From assembly GCA_963716175.1 (NCBI GenBank), contig OY970296.1, forward strand, positions 1,216,001 through 1,280,000: a stretch of DNA of 64,000 nt, written 5' to 3'. The notes below the pieces were generated by a model. That model did not search any database and was not told where the DNA came from. It worked only from the letters and a program-made list of their open reading frames with translations. Below, piece by piece: positions 31,038 through 42,092 of this stretch; positions within the stretch are counted from its first letter, which is position 1, and each line of letters starts with the position of its first letter. A program made the position numbers and the translations under genes. This stretch comes from an uncultured Armatimonadetes bacterium. Its GTDB lineage: Bacteria > Armatimonadota > Hebobacteria > Hebobacterales > Hebobacteraceae.

Positions 31038-31338
31038 CGCGCTCCTCCAGTTGCCGGCGGCTCTCCCGCACTAGCTCCACGGCGTCCACACGCACACCGC
31101 GCTTCCTGAATTCCTCGCGCAACTCCCACAGCTTGCGGATCGCTTCCTGCTGGGATGCCGTCAACTCCGGGAGGCCTTCTCCGCCGCGCCGCTGGACATC
31201 CTCCTCCCGCACTCGCCATTGCCTCCGCCCCACCCTGGACGCGGGCAGCAACCCTGCCTTGATCCAGCGCCGCACGGTCTGGGAGTTGACTTTGAGCCGC
31301 TGCGCCACTTCCCGGACCGTAAGCAATTCCCTTGCCAT
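31018..31338 (-). CDS. Excisionase-like HTH protein, putative antitoxin
   Basis: LLTVREVAQRLKVNSQTVRRWIKAG..RVGRRQWRV plus C-terminal DAVELVRESR; overlaps the toxin start. Confidence 0.8.
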   Translation of the reverse strand: MARELLTVREVAQRLKVNSQTVRRWIKAGLLPASRVGRRQWRVREEDVQRRGGEGLPELTASQQEAIRKLWELREEFRKRGVRVDAVELVRESRRQLEERGARSGC

Positions 31339-31357
31339 TGCCGTCGCCTCTGATCGT

Positions 31358-31385
31358 ATGATACCACAAGAGATCACTAAGTCAA
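31358..31385 (-). promoter_or_regulatory. sigma70-type promoter of the HTH-VapC pair
   Basis: TTGACT, 16-nt spacer, TGG-TATCAT. Confidence 0.65.
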
Positions 31386-31974
31386 GTTATGTCCCAAGTG
31401 GCTAGTGTCGTTCCGTCGCAGGACGCGAAATTCGGTCCCCTCGCCCTCCAGCTCCCAGACGCCCGTGTAGCTGTGCTTGATCCCTGCGCCGAAGCCGGGG
31501 CGCAACTCCGGGCACAGCAACCCGACTATGACGGTGTTCACGGCGGCGTGCGCGACGATAGCGAAACCATGCTCGCAGGGTTCTGCGAGCAGGCGACGGA
31601 CCACGGGCTCAACGCGGTTAGTCAGGTCGTTCAGGCTCTCCCCTTCGGGGAGGGGCGGCGGCGAGGTCGCCGCTGCGCCAGCGGTCGGTGATGCGTTCCC
31701 ACTCCGCCCTCCCGGCGGGCCCCCAGGTCCCCAACTCCCCGGTGCAAATATCCACCAGGTCTGGCTCAGTCAGCAGGCGCACCCCGAACGCCCGGGCGAG
31801 CGGAGTCGCGGTCTGGATCGCGCGCTTCAGGGTCGAGCTCACCACGCGGTCGAGCTTGAACGGCTTCACTGCCTGTGCCAGGCGCGCGGCCTGGGCACGG
31901 CCGGCCGCGAGCAGCGGCGGGTCAACGCCTGACTTCGGGTCGTGTTCGGCGTGGCGGATGATGAAGAGGCGCAT
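31377..31974 (-). CDS. Histidine phosphatase family protein (copy 2); frameshift at ~31650
   Basis: LFIIRHAE, STLKRAIQTA, then PEGES..IVAHAAVN..WELEGEGTEFRVLRRNDTSHL; paralog of 29956-30579. Confidence 0.85.
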
Positions 31975-32052
31975 CTTCCGATCTCCATGGTCGAGTCTTC
32001 GCCAGTCATGGGGCGCGACCTGCGCGGGCCCAATTGCGACTGCCGCCGCTCC

Positions 32053-32081
32053 TTGCGGCCCGCCGTCCTGCAGGCTATAAT
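32053..32081 (+). promoter_or_regulatory. sigma70 promoter giving a near-leaderless transcript
   Basis: TTGCGG, 17-nt spacer, TATAAT; ATG 9 nt after the -10 box; no SD. Confidence 0.7.
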
Positions 32082-32090
32082 ACCTGCGCC

Positions 32091-32318
32091 ATGGCCACTC
32101 GCACAAAGCCGGGGAAGAAGTGCAGGGAGTACTTGGTTGACGAGGAGGGTCGGCGCACGGCGGTGGTGCTGCCCATCGAGGAGTACGAGGAGCTGATCGA
32201 AGCGGCGGAGCAGCGTGACGACATCCGCCATCTGGAGAAGGGGAAGAAGGTCCGCGGGAAGCCGGTACCCTGGGAGAAGGTGAGGGACGAGCTGCGGCGC
32301 GCGGGCAAGTTGCGCTGA
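32091..32318 (+). CDS. Putative antitoxin (RelB-like)
   Basis: YLVDEEGRRTAVVLPIEEYEEL..VPWEKVRDEL; TGATG coupling to RelE. Confidence 0.8.
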   Translation: MATRTKPGKKCREYLVDEEGRRTAVVLPIEEYEELIEAAEQRDDIRHLEKGKKVRGKPVPWEKVRDELRRAGKLR

Positions 32319-32578
32319 TGCAGATCGTTGTCTCGCCTGCTGCTCGGCGAGAGCTCCGCCAACTCCCGCGGGACGTGGCCGAGCGCGTAGCGGCTGCCAT
32401 CGACGGGTTGGCTCATGTTCCTCGGCCTCCAGGATGCCTCGTCTTGCGCCACTACCTCCCTCTCACCTGGCGCCTCCGAGTGGGCGACTGGCGCGTCCTG
32501 TATGAGATAGACGATGACGCCGGAGTCGTCACGATTTCCGGGGTTCGCCATCGCAGCAAAGCCTACCGATCGCGCTGA
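32318..32578 (+). CDS. RelE/ParE-family toxin
   Basis: SPAARRELRQL, PRPPG, WRLRVGDWRVLYEIDD, VRHRSKAY. Confidence 0.92.
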   Translation: MQIVVSPAARRELRQLPRDVAERVAAAIDGLAHVPRPPGCLVLRHYLPLTWRLRVGDWRVLYEIDDDAGVVTISGVRHRSKAYRSR

Positions 32579-32580
32579 AA

Positions 32581-33435
32581 GTGCAGACTCCACTATCGCC
32601 AGCACTCATCGTCGGCGCCCGCACCATCGCTAACCGCATCTACTGCGCGGACAGCCGCCACCTCGACATGATCGAAGATGAGGTGGTGGACCTGGTGATC
32701 TGCTCGCCGCCGTATAACGTGGGGAAGAACTACAAGAACCACAACGACGCCCTGCCGCTGGAGGAATACCTCGCCCTGCTGCGGGATGTGTGGGCGGAGT
32801 GCAAGCGGGTGCTGCGGCCGGGCGGGAGGATCTGCGTCAATGTGGCGGGGGTGGATCGGCAACCGTATCTGCCGCTGCAATCCTATATCACGCAGCAGTT
32901 GATCGAGCTGGGGCTGCTGATGCGGGGCGAAATCCTGTGGGACAAGGCGGCCTCGGTCGGAGTCTCTACCGCCTGGGGCAGTTGGCAGAGCCCGAGCAAC
33001 CCGACCCTGCGCGATGTGCACGAGTACATCATCGTTTTCTGCAAGGATCAGTTCCGGCTGCCTGCCCCCCGAAGCCCGTCGTCCCGCGTAGCTCTGGCGA
33101 AGCAGGATGGCGAAGGGGGGGCACAGGCCAAGGGCGAAACTGATCTGACCAGCGAGGAGTTTACCGCCCTCACCCGCAGCATCTGGACCTTCCCCACGGA
33201 GTCGGCCAGCAAGGTGGGGCATCCCGCGCCTTTCCCGGTGGAGCTGCCGCGGCGGCTGATCAAGCTCTATTCGTGGAAGGGCGGGCTGGTGCTCGATCCG
33301 TTCTGCGGGTCCGGGTCCACCTGCATGGCCGCCAGCCAGTTGGGGAGGCTGTGGATCGGGGTGGATGTTGATCCCACCTACTGCGAGCTGGCCACAAAGC
33401 GGGTAGCGGAGGAGGGCCGGCCGGCACAGCAGTAG
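32581..33435 (+). CDS. Beta-class N4/N6 site-specific DNA methyltransferase
   Basis: CSPPYNVG (motif IV) before HPAPFPVELP and LDPFCGSGST (motif I). Confidence 0.92.
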   Translation: MQTPLSPALIVGARTIANRIYCADSRHLDMIEDEVVDLVICSPPYNVGKNYKNHNDALPLEEYLALLRDVWAECKRVLRPGGRICVNVAGVDRQPYLPLQSYITQQLIELGLLMRGEILWDKAASVGVSTAWGSWQSPSNPTLRDVHEYIIVFCKDQFRLPAPRSPSSRVALAKQDGEGGAQAKGETDLTSEEFTALTRSIWTFPTESASKVGHPAPFPVELPRRLIKLYSWKGGLVLDPFCGSGSTCMAASQLGRLWIGVDVDPTYCELATKRVAEEGRPAQQ

Positions 33436-33486
33436 GCCCATGGCTGTGGCAGGGGCAAGCCCCTGCCCAACGGTCAGGCCCGACCG

Positions 33487-36634
<3,148 letters not shown>

Positions 36635-36666
36635 AGCTTCCTCCGGGCCGGTTCCTTACCAGACCC

Positions 36667-37926
36667 TTACTCACGTTCCTCCTTCACCGCCCCCATCGCC
36701 CACAGCGACGCCGCCAGCGTCAGCGCGCCCGTCCAGACGAATACCCAGCGAATGCCGACGAAGGCGGCGAGGCCGCCGCCGATGAGCGGGCCCACGGAGC
36801 CGGCGAGCGCCCGGGCGCTGGCCAGCACGCCATAAGCGCCGCCATAGCGCTCCGGGGGCATGGTGCGGGTCACCAGGGCGGCGGTGGTGGGGTTGATGCC
36901 AGCGCCGGGCGCGGTGGCGAGCACCCGGAGCACGAAGAACTGGGGATAGGTCTTCACGAAATAGTGCGGGAGCAGGAAGAGGCCACAGGCCGCGCTGGTC
37001 GCCACCAGCACCACCTTCTGCCCGATACGGTCGCCCAGGCGGCCGAAGAAAGGCGCGGCGATAGTCTGGAGCGAGCCGGTCACGAGCATGATGTAGGCGG
37101 CGTAGGCCGCCACCCGGTCCATGGGGATGCCGATATACTGCACGAAGTAGGTGATGATGGGCCACATGGAGGAGAAGCCAAAGATGATCACAAACACCAT
37201 CACCCACAGGGCCTGGAGCTGACGGTGCCCCATGAGAGGCCGGAGATCGCGGGTGAGCGCGGCGACCACGGACACGGGCTCGGTCCGCGCCGGCGGCTCG
37301 AACCTCTCATCCACCATCAGCCAGACCGCCATGGCGCCGATGAACGCGAAGAGGGCCTGCACCAGAAAGGTGTTGCGCGGGCCGATCAAGCTGGCGCACG
37401 CCTGGCCGGCGACCGGTCCCACCAGGAACCCGACAGTCATGGAGGTCTGCAGCGTGCCCATGGCCTCGCCCATCCGCTCCCGCGGCACCTTGGAGGCCAC
37501 GATCGCCTGCCCTGCCACTACCCCGGCGCCCAGGATTCCGGCAGCCACGCCGAGCAGCACCAGGGTGAGGGGGGAATGGGCGAAGGCCCAGAGGGCGCGC
37601 AGCAGTGAGGTGAAGATCACGCTCACGATCACCACCCGCTTGCGGCCGTGGCGGTCGCTGTAGAGACCCCACAGGGGCTGGGAGAAGAACATCGCCATCG
37701 AGGGCAGGGCCATCATCAGGCCCGTCCAATACTCTGCCTGGTGGAACTTCAGGCCGATGTCCTGCTGGAGGAAAACGGGGAGGAAGGTCATGGCGAACGT
37801 CCACTCCAGGAAGACGAAGAATAGGGCCAGCCACATGCTGTAGAGGGTGCCGCGCCAGGGGGCCTGCTGGAGGCCGTGTCCGGGACCTGTGGCGGAGTCT
37901 GGACTGGTGTCTTCTGAGTGGGGCAT
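36667..37926 (-). CDS. MFS transporter (DHA1/MdtG-like)
   Basis: ~12 hydrophobic helices; WGLYSDRHGRK and GRLGDRIGQK motif A. Confidence 0.92.
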   Translation of the reverse strand: MPHSEDTSPDSATGPGHGLQQAPWRGTLYSMWLALFFVFLEWTFAMTFLPVFLQQDIGLKFHQAEYWTGLMMALPSMAMFFSQPLWGLYSDRHGRKRVVIVSVIFTSLLRALWAFAHSPLTLVLLGVAAGILGAGVVAGQAIVASKVPRERMGEAMGTLQTSMTVGFLVGPVAGQACASLIGPRNTFLVQALFAFIGAMAVWLMVDERFEPPARTEPVSVVAALTRDLRPLMGHRQLQALWVMVFVIIFGFSSMWPIITYFVQYIGIPMDRVAAYAAYIMLVTGSLQTIAAPFFGRLGDRIGQKVVLVATSAACGLFLLPHYFVKTYPQFFVLRVLATAPGAGINPTTAALVTRTMPPERYGGAYGVLASARALAGSVGPLIGGGLAAFVGIRWVFVWTGALTLAASLWAMGAVKEERE

Positions 37927-38162
37927 TCGGGTTTCCAGGGGCTACGTTCTTCGCTGCGGGCACACGCGCCTGTTCGGGACAGCCCCACCCCTGCTGGACA
38001 GCGCAGGGGCTACGAGCAGACTCGAGCCGACGGCAGTAGGGATGGGATCTGGAGCCGGCAAATGCCGGGGTCCGCCTTCTCGCCGGAGATGGGTGCTGTG
38101 GAATATAGCCAGTAGAGGCGACATTCAGCGCGCGTAAGCCATCAGGCTGTCAGGGGGACAGC

Positions 38163-38603
38163 ATGAGAGCGATGGTGAGAAGGCAACGCAGCGGATTCAC
38201 GCTGATCGAGATGCTGATTGTCATAATCGTGATCGCGACGCTGGCGATCATCGTCATCCCAAGACTGCTGGGCACCGGGCGGAAGGCCAAGGAAGCAGCG
38301 CTGCGGGGCCAGCTCCAGCAGGTCCGCAAGGCGATTGAGCAGTTCGAGGCAGACTGCGGCGACTACCCGTCCGAGCTGCCGCAGTTGATGACTCGTCCGG
38401 CGGATGGCGCTGGCGGCGGGAACGGGATCAGCCTCGATACCTTGGCCTGGGCGGGACCGTATCTCAGGACCACCGACGGCAACCTGCCCGGGGATCCTCT
38501 CACTGGCAGCAACACGACCTGGACCTACACCCCCGCCAGCGGTGGGGTGGCCAGCGGCTCGACCCTCAGTTCGATGTCCGGGGAGCCGTATACGGACTGG
38601 TAG
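38163..38603 (+). CDS. Type II secretion GspG-like pseudopilin
   Basis: SG|FTLIEMLIVIIVIATLA prepilin cleavage site, GDYPSEL, WAGPYL, PGDP. Confidence 0.9.
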   Translation: MRAMVRRQRSGFTLIEMLIVIIVIATLAIIVIPRLLGTGRKAKEAALRGQLQQVRKAIEQFEADCGDYPSELPQLMTRPADGAGGGNGISLDTLAWAGPYLRTTDGNLPGDPLTGSNTTWTYTPASGGVASGSTLSSMSGEPYTDW

Positions 38604-38691
38604 CAGCTAAGCACACCCGATCCCTTCTGTTGCGGCCCTGATCTTCTGTAGGACCAGGGCCGCGCCCGGTAAGTTTTTTCCTCTGACCCAC

Positions 38692-38752
38692 TTGCAGATT
38701 CCCGGATTTGTGGTATCATATCGGTGTACTAGTACGATAGCACGGCAGTACA
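38692..38752 (+). promoter_or_regulatory. Promoter plus YtrA-type operator
   Basis: TTGCAG-N16-TATCAT followed by the palindrome TGTACT-N16-AGTACA (38725-38752). Confidence 0.7.
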
Positions 38753-38768
38753 GAGCCATGGCAAAGCG

Positions 38769-39170
38769 ATGCTAACCTCGATCAATCCCAAGTCGGCGGT
38801 GCCGATCTACCGGCAGATCATGGAGCAAATCCGGCGCGCGGTGGCGGCGGGCGTCCTCGCCCCCGGAGACCAGCTCCCCTCCGTGCGCGAGCTAGCGGCC
38901 CAGCTCCTGATCAACCCCAACACGGCGGCCAGAGTCTACCGGGACCTGGAGCGGGACGGGCTGCTGGAGACGCGCCGGGGACAGGGCACCTTCATTGCAT
39001 CGGACGCATCGGCGCTGGCGGAGTCGGAGCGGACGCGCCTGATCTCGGAGCGGCTGGAGGCGGCGGCGGTGGAGGCGCGGGCATTTGGGTTCTCGGATGA
39101 AGAGATCATCGAACTATTGCGCCAGATCCTCAGTCCCTCAACCGGGAGTGAAAGGACCAGCCATGACTGA
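38769..39170 (+). CDS. GntR-family regulator, YtrA subfamily
   Basis: PIYRQI, QLPSVRELA, INPNTAARVYRDLE, RGQGTF; short C-terminus. Confidence 0.94.
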   Translation: MLTSINPKSAVPIYRQIMEQIRRAVAAGVLAPGDQLPSVRELAAQLLINPNTAARVYRDLERDGLLETRRGQGTFIASDASALAESERTRLISERLEAAAVEARAFGFSDEEIIELLRQILSPSTGSERTSHD

Positions 39171-40095
39171 GAGCGGTTATGCCATAGCCACTCAATCTCT
39201 GAGCAAGCGCTTCGGCCGCAAGGTGGCCTTGAACCAGGTTTCAGCCAAGGTGCCGACGGGTTCCATCTATGGCCTGATGGGGCCCAACGGCGCGGGCAAG
39301 ACCACGTTCGTGCGCTGCCTCCTGAATCTGATCAACCCCACAACCGGCTCCGCGATCGTGCTGGGGCATGACGTGGTGCGCGATTCGGTGGCGGTGCGGC
39401 GGCGGGTGGGCCATGTGGCGGCCTTGCAGCCGCTGTGGGAGTGGATGACGGTGCGCGAGTTCGCCGGCTTCATGGCCGGCTGCTATCCGCGGTGGAACCC
39501 CGAACTGGTCGCGGGAGTCCTGTCACGGGTCGCGATCGGCATGGATGACAGAATCCAGACCCTGTCGCGGGGCCAGCGCACGCTCGCCTCGCTGGCGGTG
39601 GCGATCGGCCACGAGCCCGACCTGCTGCTGCTCGACGAGGCCCTCACCGGGCTCGATCCCATCTCCCGGCGGGAGGTGCTGCGGGGGGTGATTGACGTGA
39701 TGCACGCCGAGGGCCGCACGGTGCTGATCACGGGCCAGGATATCGCGGATATGGAGCGGATCTGCGACTACGTGGGGTTCCTGATCAAGGGCAAGCTGTT
39801 CTGGGAGTCCACGCTGGAGGAGCTGAAGGCGCGGGTGAAGCGGGTCCGCGTCGAGCACGTGGACGGATCGCCCCCGCAGGTCCCGGCCGGAGCGCTGCGG
39901 GTGGAGCGCGCGGCGCGGGAGACCCAGTTCACCGTGTCGGACTTCTCACCGGCGCTGCTGGACTCGCTGGACGCCCCGGGCCGGCGGCTGGAGGTGGTTG
40001 ACCTCAGCCTGGAGGACATCTTCGTAGACCTGGCCCAGCCGCAGCTTCAGGCCGGGGCGGAGGCGGTTGCTCTCACTTCACAGGTGCGGGCATGA
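39163..40095 (+). CDS. ABC transporter ATP-binding protein
   Basis: GPNGAGKTT, LSRGQ, LLLDE, SLEDIF. Confidence 0.94.
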   Translation: MTESGYAIATQSLSKRFGRKVALNQVSAKVPTGSIYGLMGPNGAGKTTFVRCLLNLINPTTGSAIVLGHDVVRDSVAVRRRVGHVAALQPLWEWMTVREFAGFMAGCYPRWNPELVAGVLSRVAIGMDDRIQTLSRGQRTLASLAVAIGHEPDLLLLDEALTGLDPISRREVLRGVIDVMHAEGRTVLITGQDIADMERICDYVGFLIKGKLFWESTLEELKARVKRVRVEHVDGSPPQVPAGALRVERAARETQFTVSDFSPALLDSLDAPGRRLEVVDLSLEDIFVDLAQPQLQAGAEAVALTSQVRA

Positions 40096-42082
40096 AGGTC
40101 CTGTTCGTCAAGGAATACCGCCAGAGCTACCTGCTGGCCTGGTTGGGCCTGCTGCTCTCGGCCATGATCGCGGTGCTCTACTGGGCCTGGACGCGCAGCT
40201 ACGTCAAGACCGCCCGCGACCAGGAGGATCTGAACCTGTTCTGCTGCGAGGTGGTGCTGATCGCAGTGGGGGTGATGACCGTGGTGGCGACGGCTGGCCT
40301 GCTCTCCTCGGAGAAGGCGCGAGGCACGCTGCCTTATCTGCTCGCGCTGCCCGTCAGCCGGACCCGCATCTGGCTGGCGAAGGCGCTGGCCGGCCTGGCG
40401 CTGGTGGCCTCGGGGGCGATGCTGCTGATCGTGCCTCTCGGTCTGGTGCTGCCGCAGATCCTGCGCGCCATCAACCCCTGGCTCTATCTGCCGGACATCA
40501 TGATTGGCGTGTTGCTCCTTTTCTGGGTCACGCTCTTCTGCACCACCCTGCTCCAGCGCACCATCAGCGTGCTGCTGATGTCGGTGGTGGTGGCTGCGGC
40601 CTGCTATCTGGGGGCTATCCTGCTCGTGGAGCTGCTGGGCGGCGTGCTGGGATATGACCAGCTATTCGACATCTCTCTGGTGGCGCTGATGATGATCCCA
40701 GCTTTCCTGTTCGCGTCCTGGGTGGCATTCGTCCGAGGCGAGCTGTTCCAGTCGAAGCGAAGCTGGGCGATCGGCCTCGGGACTCTGGGAGCTGGGCTAG
40801 CGATCATCTGCCTGGGGCTCTGGGGCGGCACCAGTTGGGCCTACCGATACCAGCGCGCCGGGGTGAAGGCGATCGAGTCGGCGTCTCTGGCGCCAGGGGG
40901 CGCAGTGGCGCTGGTCAGCGTCGCGGGCTCGCCGGCTCCCTGGAGGCGTGACTCCAGGCAGGGCTGGGTCAGGTCTCGGGAGGACCGCTATCGCGCGCAT
41001 CACGACGTACTCGTGGACCTGAAGACCGGCCGGGAGGCGCTGGTGCTGCCAGGTGGGCAGGAGGAGGCGGTGTCACCGGATGGGCGGTTGCTGGCGTGCG
41101 TCCGGGGGGTCCCCAGTACGCTGCGGGTCTGGGACCTGGCGAAGCACCGACTGCTGCGGAGAGGGCTTCCTGAGAAGGTGGGGAGGCTATGGGTGAGCTC
41201 CCGCGAGGCCTCCTTCCAGTGGTCGCCAAGGGGCAAGTGGCTGTCAGTGGACGCGTGGAGCGGCTTGAGGAGCGAGCTGCTGCTGGTGCGGCCCGAGGGG
41301 CCGGAGGTGGTGGAGATCGTGCTCTGGGGACCGGCGCGCCGCGAATGTCCTCGAAGGAGGCCCTTGCGACTGAACGCCGCCGCATCGTGTCCTGGGCCTG
41401 GTCGCCCGATGAGAGTGCTCTCTGTACTCTCCAATGGGATGGGCGGCTGGCGCGCCGCCGGCTTCCTGGAGGCGAAGAGGAGGCGCTGTGGCAGCCGCCG
41501 GTTCCCGGGGTTCACTTGCCGCCAGGCTACGAATGGCGATTCGGCGGTCTCTCGGCTTCACCGACCGGCCGCTGGCTGGCGGTTCATGGGTGGGGCTACA
41601 CGGCATCCGAGCAGCGGGTGGAGCCTACGCCCTCCGCCAACCTGGTGATCTCTTCCGATGGCGGTCAGGCAACTGTGATCGGCGGCAGCTATGGCGGCCG
41701 ACCGATATGGTCGAGCGATGGGCGCTACCTGTACCTGGTGGGGGCCTACAGCGGCCATCTTGCGATCTGGCGCTGGCAGGAGGGGGAGGCGCAGGCGAGG
41801 CCGCTGCCAGTGCCGGCAGACCTGAGCGTGCAGTGGCTGGAGGCGCTGCCGCGCGGCTCGGGGCTGCTGGTGTGGGGGCAGCATCAGCTCTACACCATGG
41901 GCCCCGAGGGCCGGCTGCATCCGGTCCCGAACCGCGATGTGCGGTCGTTCCTGGCGGGGGGCGCTCACTTCGTCGGGTTGGATTCCGAAGGCCGGATGAT
42001 CGTGCTGAAGTACTATGATGCATTCGGCCGGCTGGAGGCGGTTGATCTCACCACCTGGACCATGAAGGACATCTACCCCTGA
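40092..42082 (+). CDS. ABC-2 permease fused to TolB/WD40-like beta-propeller; frameshift at ~41340
   Basis: EKARGTLPYLLALPVSRTRIWLAK, then repeats SPDG/WSPRG/WSPDE/SPTG/WSSDG; ends like its paralog (DL...YP). Confidence 0.8.
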
Positions 42083-42092
42083 GGACCATGCG

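Noticed and set aside
31018-31338. Prophage or integrative element excisionase
   Set aside because: No integrase, att-like tRNA duplication or phage genes; coupling to a PIN gene indicates a TA role
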